A stretch of DNA of 64,000 nucleotides from Eukaryota sp. TZLM1-RC (lineage: Eukaryota; Protista; Metamonada: BaSk clade), in the NCBI GenBank assembly GCA_040285825.1, contig JAUPSS010000009.1, positions 310,001 to 374,000 on the forward strand. Direction: 5' to 3'. A program made the position numbers and the translations under genes. The stretch's first letter is position 1. Every line of letters starts with the position of its first letter. Below are positions 23,812-33,866 of this stretch, piece by piece. The notes under the pieces are model-generated. The model saw only the letters and a list, made by a program, of their open reading frames with translations. It was not told where the DNA came from and did not search any database.

Positions 23812-25490
23812 CTATCTACAACACAGATACTGAAGCCTTTCATTACCACTCATTCTGGCTTCAGCAATTGCAAATATATTCAGACAAGCCAGCTTATTTC
23901 TATTGAAAAACTTTGATGAGCCTTTGTTACTGAGTTTGCAACTCTGACTATTACAAGCTAATAAACCATGACATGTAGTATCAGGAGTCTTTTCTCTTCT
24001 AAAATATTTGGGATTTAACACTCTCAAAAACGTAGCAATTTCTTCAAAACAAACAGGACACTTTACTGAAGTAGAGACTTCATTAATCATCAATACTTCA
24101 AATGCATTTCTTTTCAGAAAATGAATCCATCCAATGTCTCGAGTAACGCTATGATGTTCCAAATTCTTAGCACTTTTTTACCATAATCACCCATTGGTTT
24201 TAAAGTGTCTTTTGGAATGCCAAAATTCTGAACATGGTTTTTAAGACCAACTTTCGGTCTTTTGCTTGTGAATAAAAACTTGCTTTTTATGAATGCTCCA
24301 CAAGTCAATATTGTCAAAGTCAATTGTTAAAAAAATTGCCGAAGTTTGGCAACCACAAAATTGGAAAAATCTATAAAAGTTGCTGAATTGACAGCAAACG
24401 CGGATAATTCGGTGTTTGCATCTTCAATTGTCATTTCGTTAGACTCTATCATTTGGCTTCTGTCGTAATCTACCTCAGTATACCTCCCATCGTTTGTGCT
24501 TTTCATTCATCCCACTTTTCAAAGACCAGAACATCTGAGTCATTCTCAACCATTTATACTTCTTGTCTTGATTCATCACCCGACTATTTCTTTGCTGTTC
24601 AGTTTCATGTTCAGGCACCATGGTTAATTCTTGATCAGTCTTTTTACTCCCAAAATACAATAAATCACGTTTTCCAGGATCACAAACAACAATTCGTTTG
24701 CCTTGAAAAGTATCAACATCAACATCATCAATATATAAATCCGAAATTCTGGCCTTGTTGTCTGGCTTACATTTCTGACCTTGTAAATCCTGACGAACAA
24801 ATTCTACTGCAATATTAAATCCATCTGTGTGGATAATGTTGTTGAATATATAAATCTTTTGTTTAAACATTGGTTGGTTAAAATCGTCAGTATTAGACCA
24901 TAAGGCTAATTGTTCAGGTGGTTTGAATCTATAAACTTGATCTTGAGTAGTGACCGATTTTAATCTCTGTTTGGGCAACAAATCGTCCATCAATGTTTGT
25001 GTAATAATTATCCATAGTGTTCATGTATCAATAAGAAAATATCCAGGGTCGACAGTGGTTGAAACAGGAGAAATATGATAAGGTTTCCCCTCTCTACTGG
25101 AGATATATTGGGCAATTGAAATTGCCGGTTTTAAGAATATTTGATGATCTTTTTCAACAGCGTCTGCAAGAAATTGTATATCCACTGGAAAAATGTTGTA
25201 AACCAGACTTTCATCCGTGACTAAATCCTCAATTTGCTCAGTAAAGGGTGTTACAAGACAAAAAAAGATTTCATCACGTGTATTGTTTCTTATATCATGA
25301 TGTTGACACAAGTCTAAATACTCATCATCAAGAAGGTCTGAAATATTTTCAGGTGTAAGTCTTCAAGAACTCAAGTAATCTCTATCATCAACTAACAACA
25401 TGTTTTTGAATTGTCGAAGTCTAAATATGTATAATGAAATCACAGTAGACAGTGGTGTTTCATACGCACCTAGTTCGTGCAATTCTGTTA
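23812..25490 (-). pseudogene. Fanzor (Fanzor1-like, TnpB-derived RuvC nuclease) pseudogene A
   Basis: Collinear fragments: 'IHTDGFNIAVEF', RuvC-I 'IVVCDPGKRDLL' (D at 24681-24679), 'MGDYG', RuvC-II 'VLMINEVSTSVKCPVC' (E at 24081-24079), Zn 'CHGLLACNSQSC' and RuvC-III 'FNRNKLACLNI' (N where D is expected). Multiple stops and frameshifts; 5' truncated. Confidence 0.85.
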
Positions 25491-25530
25491 ACAACTAACT
25501 GAAAAATAATTTAATTTGATAACCGTAGAC

Positions 25531-25960
25531 GAAAAGAGACAATTCCGAGAGAACCTCAACAAATTTCAAAAGCTTGCTGGACATCCAGAAAAACTCTACC
25601 TTGCTGTGGGTTCTGCTAATTTCCTTTCTCATTGCCGAAAAGTCAATTGATATGGATCAGCGGGGGCTTTCAGAAAATGGTTGTGTTATCAAAAGGATGC
25701 GAAGCACTTGTCAACCAGTGAATTTAATACAAGCAAACTTTCCAGTTGTTGCGAGGCCGAGAATATTCAAGCAAGTTCATGGCAGAATGCGTATTTCTAC
25801 TGAGTGTCAAATAGTATATGACGGAGATATTTCCGCTGCAAAAAATATTCAAATGAAGATGAAAGCGGAATTGTGGCCGGAAAGATACATTTGCCCAGAA
25901 GCTCTGTTGAGGAGACGAATGAGGAGCCTGAGCATACAGAAAAAAAACTACAACCTTTGA
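25531..25960 (+). pseudogene. Second, distinct Fanzor pseudogene B (C-terminal part only)
   Basis: A frame absent from the track reads 'LYLAVGSANF..*..AFRKWL..STSEFNTSKLSSCC' (RuvC-II E at 25720, TGA at 25648). It then shifts into the track ORF 'VHG..TECQIVYDGDISAAKNI' (RuvC-III DRDxxAAxNI). Confidence 0.75.
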
Positions 25961-26018
25961 AAAACTTATATTTTATTTTGATTTTTTGTATTTTAGTTTT
26001 AATCTTTTAAAAACTTTT

Positions 26019-26125
26019 GAGACCGATCTGCAAATGCCTTAGTAGCATTTGATAGATCCACTTAGATACATCAAGTCGCCAGGCCTTATTGTGTGAAAGC
26101 AGCAGGTGTATTTAAGTGAGGTAGC
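26019..26125 (+). ncRNA. Putative Fanzor omegaRNA scaffold (structured RNA)
   Basis: Stem 1: 26025-26037 pairs with 26045-26058 (GATCT-G-CAAATGC / GCATTTG-AT-AGATC). Stem 2: 26059-26072 pairs with 26105-26118, 14 bp including two G-U pairs. Internal TGT-GAAA-GCA hairpin. Lies about 60 nt after the Fanzor B stop. Confidence 0.5.
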
Positions 26126-26332
26126 CCATTGATGAAGATCATGATTGTCTTTGTCAAATGACGTCACATGTCTCTTACAGCATGTGAGTAGACATTGAGA
26201 AAGTTGAAAACAGGAGTGAATTTCCCATGGGAATGCCTGACAAGTGAAATTCACAGTAGAGATGACATTTGCATCGATATTTGATGTCTTTTTTTCTGTA
26301 CACTTACACATCGACTACCTTGAGCAGCTCTC

Positions 26333-26878
26333 ATGAACGAACAAGCTCTTACGGAAGAACAGTTAGATAAGCTCCAACTTGAAACTACTCTGACTCAGGA
26401 AGAGATCCAAATACTTTTCAGTCGCTTCATTACACTTGATAAGGACAACAGTGGTGGCCTGGACGAAGCTGAAATAGAGAACTTAACTGACTTCACTCTA
26501 ACACCCCTTAGACGCCATTTACTTGCAGTTCTGGACACAAATGATGACAAGACCATTGACTTTGATGAGTTTCTTGCTGCTTTTTCTGCTTTTTCTTCTA
26601 ATGGAAACCAGCAGGAACGTGTTTCTTTCCTTTTCAAAGTCTACGACACTAACAATGATGGTTTTATCTGTAAGGACGATCTCTATTATGCTCTTAAACT
26701 TATGGTACAAGATAATCTGACGGAGCATCAACTTCAGCACGTTGTGGGGAAGTCTATTGTATTGTTGGATAAGGACGGGGATGGCAAAATTAGTTTTCCA
26801 GAGTTTTCAAGTTTTTTAGAAGGAGTGGAGTTGGATCTGCAAGGAAATTCTTTTTCTATAGGAATTCCGACCGAATAA
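26333..26878 (+). CDS. CNB1: Calcineurin B-like EF-hand protein
   Basis: Four EF-hands (DKDNSGGLD, DTNDDKTIDFDE, DTNNDGFICKDD, DKDGDGKISFPE) and 'LKLMVQDNLTEHQLQHVV'. Confidence 0.85.
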   Translation: MNEQALTEEQLDKLQLETTLTQEEIQILFSRFITLDKDNSGGLDEAEIENLTDFTLTPLRRHLLAVLDTNDDKTIDFDEFLAAFSAFSSNGNQQERVSFLFKVYDTNNDGFICKDDLYYALKLMVQDNLTEHQLQHVVGKSIVLLDKDGDGKISFPEFSSFLEGVELDLQGNSFSIGIPTE

Positions 26879-27275
26879 GTGATAGTTTGTTAAAGTTTAC
26901 AAGTTGGTTTTCTCCTATGCTATTTGATTAATTAATTTTTTTGTATATGTTGATAGTTTGATCTTTTTTTGTTATTTTTTGTTTTTTAGCACATAGTAAA
27001 TTTATTAATAATTTACTCATTCTTTCACTAATCATGAAGAGGAAACGCTCTTTCATTAGGCTATAAATTTTCGTTCCCCAGTATTCTCTCTTGTACGTTT
27101 TGTCTTGAACAATTTGTACTATATCTTGAGCATTGTGGGGATGTTACATCTTCGTTGTTTATTCTTTATTTGATCATTTTCAATTGTGCGGTAGAGGGAA
27201 AATTACATTGATTAATTCATCAGGCATAGACTGCCCAATTTTTTTTTCAAATTCAAAACCTTTTCATCAGGCAAG

Positions 27276-29783
27276 ATGTCACTGCCTGATAAAGTTCATG
27301 ACACCCTCAGTATCCTAGAAAGGTCACTACATCAACGCCATGACCCAACTATATTATCTGCACTTCAAACTGGTTGTCAGCTTTTTATTCCCACTGTACA
27401 GTACATAGCTAATTATTCATTGGCCGATCACACCATTGCATCAACCTTTAGATATCTTGGTAGAATCAAATATCATGCATCTCAACTATACAACCAGCAC
27501 CACAGTGAAGCTATTCAATCTCAATCTTGCAAGTTTCTAGAACTAGTTCTGCTCACCTTTTCTTTCAGTGATTCCCTCTTCTCTCTTTACAACATTCCCC
27601 CCAATCACCATACTCTTAAGCATGAACTGCTTGTTAGAGAAGCTTCCGCTACTCTGAACATCTTTCTAGACAGACTCTCTGTCACTGATATGGCTCTGCT
27701 CAATACCTCTTTTGTGACCACACTTCAATGTGCTACCAAGATTATCATGACCTGTGAATCACATCAACAATTGTTAGTTGATAGGTTCTCTACGTTTGCA
27801 ACAGACAATTATAAACGTTTAGTCAAGGATATTCAGTCAAAAACCCTCAAAAATTCTATCACCCATATGATTTTACTGTCTTGCTGGAGAATTTTGACAT
27901 CCAGGATAACCAGTGATCATGTCATCGATGCTGTGGTTGCCGTTGCTCGTAGTTACAATCAGGGTCACACAGTCAACAATCTCTTAAAATGGAGACAAGA
28001 CCAAAAACTTCGGTTGTTGGAAGTTCAAAAGGCTGCTACCCAACCGATGGAGACAGTCAAAACAAAGGAAATTGAATCTAAAAGAATGATCGAAGTTAAA
28101 GAAGAACCCCCGTTGAAAATTGTTAGAAAAGGGGAAGAAGAAGAGGAAGAAATCGAAAAAGCAGAAGAAATGGAAGAAGAAGAGGAAACTTTCGATGCAA
28201 TCATTAATGATTGTTTCCTTCGAATTCTGACCCTGGATGATGTGATATTGAAAGAAGGAACTATGGCGGTGGTCTTGAGAAGCGAATTGATTGCCTTTTT
28301 TGGACCTTTACTGATTGATTCTCCATGTCTTTCGGATTTGGTTGCCTTTTTATCCCATCATTTATCAACCTCAAATGAGCTGTTCTTGAAAATTTTACAA
28401 CGTCTGACACTTTTGGATCAAAATTTGGCAGCTGGTCTCTTCGTCGGAGTATTGGACCATTATTTCGACTCAACTCCATCATTTTCTCAATCAAATCATT
28501 CAATCATTGTTGATCTTTTCTTGTCGTCTCCTATTTTAACATCTCCAATATTTGAATTTCTAGAAAAGAGATCACTTTCTGAAAATGAGTCACACAGACT
28601 GGTTTCCTTACTATCACTAAGGGAAATTGTCCTGAATAAGCCTGAAGAGTCTTTACTTGCTTTAGACTATATTATCAAAATCTCTACAAATAATTCTTTT
28701 ATTATTTCTAAAAGTGCAATCGAATTGCTTTCTTTTCAACTATACCCCCTTGAAGAGCTTCAATCTCAAATTCTTACTTGTGCAACTGAAAATGCTTATG
28801 AATTAGTCTCTCTACAAGAGGAAAGTGGTCTTGAAGAGTCAACAGTGCTAGCCAAGACTGGTCTTTTGTTTTCTTTGGCCAGTCAAACTTCTTCTTTATT
28901 GACCTTTATTTATGAGCTCTACTCTCAACTTTTACCCGCTGTCAGACGTCATTTAGACGAACCAATCAAATCCTTAATCTCATCACATCATCAGTCAGAA
29001 GAAGTCCTGCAACTTTTGACCAGTTGTGACTCTGATGAGTTTGGCACTCTTATCACACAGTCTCTAGCAGAATTGTACCAAAATGAGCTCCCAGCAGAAA
29101 TCATTGAGGCAGCCACCACATGTACGGAGAATGGAACTTCTATGGTTATTCTGGTTCCTTTCTTGCCATTAATGCCATCTGCGGATCTTATTGACCTTTT
29201 GCCTCGTATTTTGATTGATCTGGTCAATGATATTGACACCTTATCACGTTTACTTCATGATATTCTTTCCAAATCGACCTTGACAGTTGCTGAGTTGCTC
29301 ATAATTGCACATGATCTTGAAACTGATGCTACCATTGGTTCATTAAATCATCGTGTGTTAGTCACCAGCAGAGTAACTGATTTTGTATTAAAAAGCAAGC
29401 AACAGGTCAATTCAACAACTTTGTCGGTAGTCTTGTCACGGTTGGCTTACGGTTTCAAACTACCCAAGAATTTAATGTTAACAAGTATTCGTTCGTTGTT
29501 ACTTTTTCCTCAACTTTCTGATTATTTAGTCTCTCATTTTCTTCCAGTCTTGATTAGTCGTGATTTTTGGTCTGATGACGTGCTTTGGGAAGGCTTTACA
29601 AGACTTTTGCTACTAATAGGATCTGATTGTGCACCAATTTTGATTACCATACCAATTGAAAAACTAGAAAAACTCCTTTCCATATCGAGTCTTTTCAAAG
29701 AATATGGGCGAAAACATATTCAAGAAAACTATTTGAAAAAAGGAAAATGGATTTCTGAGCTAATTAAAAGTGTTTTTAGGTAA
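27276..29783 (+). CDS. SYMPK: Symplekin-like mRNA 3'-processing scaffold
   Basis: Helical-repeat protein; C-terminal 'LPKNLMLTSIRSLLLFPQL...LISRDFWSDDVLWEGF' resembles Symplekin_C. Confidence 0.7.
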   Translation: MSLPDKVHDTLSILERSLHQRHDPTILSALQTGCQLFIPTVQYIANYSLADHTIASTFRYLGRIKYHASQLYNQHHSEAIQSQSCKFLELVLLTFSFSDSLFSLYNIPPNHHTLKHELLVREASATLNIFLDRLSVTDMALLNTSFVTTLQCATKIIMTCESHQQLLVDRFSTFATDNYKRLVKDIQSKTLKNSITHMILLSCWRILTSRITSDHVIDAVVAVARSYNQGHTVNNLLKWRQDQKLRLLEVQKAATQPMETVKTKEIESKRMIEVKEEPPLKIVRKGEEEEEEIEKAEEMEEEEETFDAIINDCFLRILTLDDVILKEGTMAVVLRSELIAFFGPLLIDSPCLSDLVAFLSHHLSTSNELFLKILQRLTLLDQNLAAGLFVGVLDHYFDSTPSFSQSNHSIIVDLFLSSPILTSPIFEFLEKRSLSENESHRLVSLLSLREIVLNKPEESLLALDYIIKISTNNSFIISKSAIELLSFQLYPLEELQSQILTCATENAYELVSLQEESGLEESTVLAKTGLLFSLASQTSSLLTFIYELYSQLLPAVRRHLDEPIKSLISSHHQSEEVLQLLTSCDSDEFGTLITQSLAELYQNELPAEIIEAATTCTENGTSMVILVPFLPLMPSADLIDLLPRILIDLVNDIDTLSRLLHDILSKSTLTVAELLIIAHDLETDATIGSLNHRVLVTSRVTDFVLKSKQQVNSTTLSVVLSRLAYGFKLPKNLMLTSIRSLLLFPQLSDYLVSHFLPVLISRDFWSDDVLWEGFTRLLLLIGSDCAPILITIPIEKLEKLLSISSLFKEYGRKHIQENYLKKGKWISELIKSVFR

Positions 29784-29927
29784 TTAGATGATTTTTATTT
29801 CTTATTTATATAATTCATTTGCTCAATTGTATTCAGCACTTCATCTTTACACAATTTATTGTTTAAAAAAACAATTCAAATAAATTTATTTTTAAAATCT
29901 CAATTTTTAATAAACACTCCACAAAAC

Positions 29928-30410
29928 TCAAAACACATATTCAAAAATACAATTCCCATTAGGACAAAGACCATTATTTACAAGAATTATCATATCTATT
30001 AACCACCAAACACCCAGACCACCGAGAGAAACCAACTTAAGAACCCCAAGTCCAATTTGTCCCAAATAAAACCTATCAGCACCAAATATGCCGGCTAGAG
30101 TTGAGAGAAACACTAGAGTAGGATATCGTTTACCATTCGTCTTGATACATGGTAGTGAAGATGACCAAACACGAGGTCCTTCACAACGAATGTCAGGGGG
30201 AACATGACAAGTTGATGTACCCGCGATGGGTTTGGAAGTATAGCTTTCCATCCAATCTATACAAGAATCCTGTTCCAAGAAACAATGATGAAATCTTTCA
30301 GGAAGTTGTTGACACAAAATATCTGTGGGAGAATTTGGGTCCCAGTCTGGAGGCACTGATGATGAAGAAGCAATGAGGAGAACTGATAGGAACAGAAGCG
30401 ATTTGAACAT
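29928..30410 (-). CDS. TM2 domain-containing protein (TM2D family)
   Basis: Signal peptide, Cys-rich ectodomain and 'FGADRFYLGQIGLGVLKLVSLGGLGVWWLIDMI'. Confidence 0.9.
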   Translation of the reverse strand: MFKSLLFLSVLLIASSSSVPPDWDPNSPTDILCQQLPERFHHCFLEQDSCIDWMESYTSKPIAGTSTCHVPPDIRCEGPRVWSSSLPCIKTNGKRYPTLVFLSTLAGIFGADRFYLGQIGLGVLKLVSLGGLGVWWLIDMIILVNNGLCPNGNCIFEYVF

Positions 30411-30453
30411 TGGGAGTGTGGATGGTCAACTTTCTTTAATTAATTTACATCAC

Positions 30454-33400
30454 ATGTTGCCTCCTAAACTTACAGGAGAAAAGCGCCGTGAGCGCGACGC
30501 CCTGATTACTCCTCCAGAGAAGCGGGTACGACGCCCACCGTCCCCTGAACCCTCTTTTGCGTCTCCTCCTTCAAACTCAACCAATCCCTGGGCTGTGCTC
30601 ATTTCTCTGAACCACAGTTTTAAAGATATTACTATTTCTGATACATCTCTCCATCTTGGTTCTGGTAAGCAGTGCTCTGTCACCTTCCCTGCTACACTTC
30701 CTCCTGTCACTTGTTCTCTCTACCCACTCCCTGAAGACGGCTGCTTAGGTCTCTCCGTCTCTAAACGTGCCTTGGAAGCCAACATTGTCTCCGTAAATGC
30801 TAATCCTGTAGAAGGACCTTTGCTTCTACGTAACGGTGACGTTCTCTCCCTGCATTCCCAGTATGCATTTTGTTTATGTGTGGCTTGGCCTCTTGCCTCT
30901 CCAGAAGGAAGTCAACGTATTTCCAAGAAACTTTCACCAGAGTTTACTGTGGAGCTGGAAAACCTTTTGAAGGAAACTGATGACGTGACTGATGACGTGA
31001 TTGCTGACGTCATCAAACAGACCCCTCCCCGTGCCTTTGTAGAACTGGAAACTCAGATTAAATCTATTCTAACTTCTCATTCCACCCACTCCAAAACTCT
31101 CGTAGATGGAAACTCTGTCCTCCTTGAAGGTCCCATTGGCAGTGGTCTCAACCACGAGCTATTGTGCCACTCTTTTGCTAAACAATTGGGAGTTGGCTTT
31201 ATCACTATTCCACCAAGCTTTTTCGTCACGAGGGATGGTAAACGTCTCTCCAAAGAATCTCTTCTTAATCTCACATCCAAGAAGAATCCTTTTAAAGGCA
31301 ATGTTGGCTTTGCTGATGGTTATGATGACGAGTTTGATGAAGGAAACGATGAAGATGACATCACCATTGAGGAAATTGTTGAGGATGATGAAGATGAAGA
31401 AGGAAAGAATGTTATTAATATGGTACTCAAAGATGGTTCCATTTCAGAGACCTTCCGTAATGCTCTTCGTAAAGGTGATTCAAAGAGTAGCGAGCCAAGC
31501 TATGAAAAAACTGAAGGGGAAGAAGATGAACCGATTGAAGAAGTTGAGATTGGAGTGTTTAAGGAGATGGTAGGTCAAAATGGTGACGTCAGTGGTGAAA
31601 ATGATGACGTGATGAGCACAGAGTATGAAGATAAAACATGTCCTTTCAAGCTTGGGGATAGGGTTGTGTATGTTTCCAATCCTGATTCATCCAACTTTTC
31701 CTTACCTTATCTCTATTCTTCTGGCACAGTCGTTCACGTCATCTCTTCAAGTCTTGTCTGCGTGGATTTTGATGTCCCCTTCCGCAATGCCGTCTCTCTT
31801 GGAGGTCTTTCCCCAAGCCCAGTAGCTGGTGCTGTATGTATGGTTGAGTCTTTGGAGATTGAGGATAGAAGCAAGATTATGGTGAAGCCCAGTGATTTAC
31901 TTGAATTTGTTGGGGAATATTTATCCAAAATTAAAGAAAAATGCATTGTCTTTTGTCATGACCCTGAGAATTCTTTTGTTGGCTATAGCTGGTCTTTTAA
32001 CAAGTTTATTAAGCAAATCTCAAGTCAAAACATGGTTTTTATCATCTCTATACCCCGCCATTCAGAAGATTCCCAATCGTCAAACAACGCCAATCGTACC
32101 CTTGGAATTCTTGAACTTGTTAGTGGTAATAGGGAACGTCCCTCATTCCCAGGGAGTGCAAGTGATGAGCTACCATCCCCTATTGACAAGTTTTATCACA
32201 AACATGTTAAAAATAGGGTTGTTACAACTCTGCCTTTGGATAATGGTCAGTTGAAGCTTGAAATGGAAAAGAATTTGGATTTGGATTTGAAGAAATTGAA
32301 TTTCAAGGCCAATCTAACCCTAATAAGAATGTCGATGGTTTCCCTTAGCCTTGAATTACCTGCTGATTTCACTGCAACGGTTCAAAATGATTCAGACTTG
32401 GTCAATCTTTTACGTAAGAATCGTCTTGACTCTCGTGATATTTCACGTATTTTGGCCCTTTGCTTTGTTGAATCTTCAATTCCAACATTTGAAACTGTTC
32501 GAAGATCACTCTTCAAATGGATTGATAATAAGTCCAAAAACCATCCAATTGTAGAGTCGAATGATGACGTGGCACAGTCTGTTTCTCAGCTCTTCTCGTC
32601 AGCTACTAAGCGGTTACGGGACTATTCACCTAAAGATGAGCATGAGGAGCAAATCTTTACTGATGCATTAGCTCCTGGGAAAATCAAACTTTCTTTTGAT
32701 GACATTGGTTCTTTGGATGACATCAAAAACGATCTAGTCCAACACCTAATCCTCCCTTTACGACGTCCAGAACTCTTCCAAGCCAGTCATTTGAGTAAGT
32801 CAAGTAAGGGAGTCTTGTTGTTTGGTCCTCCGGGAACAGGGAAAACCATGCTAGCAAAGGCTGTTGCTGCTGAGAGTGGCGCTGTTTTTATCCCTGTCTC
32901 CTCTGCTACTTTGGGATCAAGGTACTTTGGGGAATCTGAAAGATTGGCAAAGTCGTTGTTTTCTCTGGCAAGACAGGTTGCTCCCTGTATTATCTTTTTA
33001 GACGAAGCTGATGCTATTTTGGGAGCCAGGAATGGAGGGAACGAGCATGAAGCTAACCGCAAGATTAAGAATGTTTTGTTGGAGATGTGGGATGGTTTAT
33101 CTTCTGCTTTGGATCCTTCAAAACCAGTTGTTGTTCTTGCCTCTACGAATAGACCACATGATCTTGATGAAGCCGTGTTAAGAAGACTGCCTTTGAGATT
33201 GTTGGTAGACTTGCCAACTGAGAGTGATAGAGTTGCAATTTTAAGGACTATTATAGGAAGTGAAACAATTGAAGGAATAACTATTGAAGAATTAGCTACA
33301 AAGACTGTTGGGTTCTCTGGCTCAGATCTGAACTCTCTTTGTCAGCAAGCCGCTTTCGCCAGAATTTCTTCATTTTTAAAGCAGGAAAATACTGATACTT

Positions 33401-33633
33401 CCCAACCATTGTGGAAAACTGTTTTGTCCAATATGGCTGTAACCAAGTCTGAAGAATCAAATTCAGTTTCTATGAGGCCTTTAAACAAGGAGGATTTCGA
33501 ATCTGCCTTGAAGAATGTTTCTGCTTCTGTTTCTGATGATACCACGGTAAGTCAAGCCATCAAGAAATGGAATGAGACATTTGGCACACGAGGCGGACAA
33601 AAATCGAAAACTAGCTTATCTTATTTCACGTAA
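30454..33633 (+). CDS. AAA+ ATPase, Msp1/ATAD1-related long form with N-terminal FHA-like domain
   Basis: Likely ATG at 30454; the track start overlaps the TM2D gene. Walker A GPPGTGKT, Walker B IIFLDEAD, SRH 'STNRPHDLDEAVLRR', FHA-like 'PWAVLIS...LLRNGDVL'. Confidence 0.88.
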   Translation: MLPPKLTGEKRRERDALITPPEKRVRRPPSPEPSFASPPSNSTNPWAVLISLNHSFKDITISDTSLHLGSGKQCSVTFPATLPPVTCSLYPLPEDGCLGLSVSKRALEANIVSVNANPVEGPLLLRNGDVLSLHSQYAFCLCVAWPLASPEGSQRISKKLSPEFTVELENLLKETDDVTDDVIADVIKQTPPRAFVELETQIKSILTSHSTHSKTLVDGNSVLLEGPIGSGLNHELLCHSFAKQLGVGFITIPPSFFVTRDGKRLSKESLLNLTSKKNPFKGNVGFADGYDDEFDEGNDEDDITIEEIVEDDEDEEGKNVINMVLKDGSISETFRNALRKGDSKSSEPSYEKTEGEEDEPIEEVEIGVFKEMVGQNGDVSGENDDVMSTEYEDKTCPFKLGDRVVYVSNPDSSNFSLPYLYSSGTVVHVISSSLVCVDFDVPFRNAVSLGGLSPSPVAGAVCMVESLEIEDRSKIMVKPSDLLEFVGEYLSKIKEKCIVFCHDPENSFVGYSWSFNKFIKQISSQNMVFIISIPRHSEDSQSSNNANRTLGILELVSGNRERPSFPGSASDELPSPIDKFYHKHVKNRVVTTLPLDNGQLKLEMEKNLDLDLKKLNFKANLTLIRMSMVSLSLELPADFTATVQNDSDLVNLLRKNRLDSRDISRILALCFVESSIPTFETVRRSLFKWIDNKSKNHPIVESNDDVAQSVSQLFSSATKRLRDYSPKDEHEEQIFTDALAPGKIKLSFDDIGSLDDIKNDLVQHLILPLRRPELFQASHLSKSSKGVLLFGPPGTGKTMLAKAVAAESGAVFIPVSSATLGSRYFGESERLAKSLFSLARQVAPCIIFLDEADAILGARNGGNEHEANRKIKNVLLEMWDGLSSALDPSKPVVVLASTNRPHDLDEAVLRRLPLRLLVDLPTESDRVAILRTIIGSETIEGITIEELATKTVGFSGSDLNSLCQQAAFARISSFLKQENTDTSQPLWKTVLSNMAVTKSEESNSVSMRPLNKEDFESALKNVSASVSDDTTVSQAIKKWNETFGTRGGQKSKTSLSYFT

Positions 33634-33866
33634 CAAGGGAAACATTTTATTATTCTTTGGAATCAAATTGTTTCCATTAATAGATTTTAAGTTTTAATAG
33701 TTTTCAGTTCTTTATTTTCTTTTTTGTGTTTAGTTTTGTTTACATAAATTGTTTGTTTTTATTTGAATGTTCAAAAAAGAAAGTTTCAAGAACAAAAACT
33801 TGGCTCTCTCCAGTGTAAAGGACACCTACTCCACTCACAATTTGTTAAACAAACACCTTATCCATA

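Noticed and set aside
25467-25481. Small hairpin sharing TGCACGAA with 23789-23796, as a possible left end of the Fanzor A element
   Set aside because: It falls inside what still reads as Fanzor coding sequence (LHELGAYE), and an 8-bp match is plausible by chance.
30325-30453. N-terminal extension of the AAA ATPase overlapping TM2D
   Set aside because: It starts at GTG and is antisense to the TM2D 5' end; ATG 30454 is more plausible.
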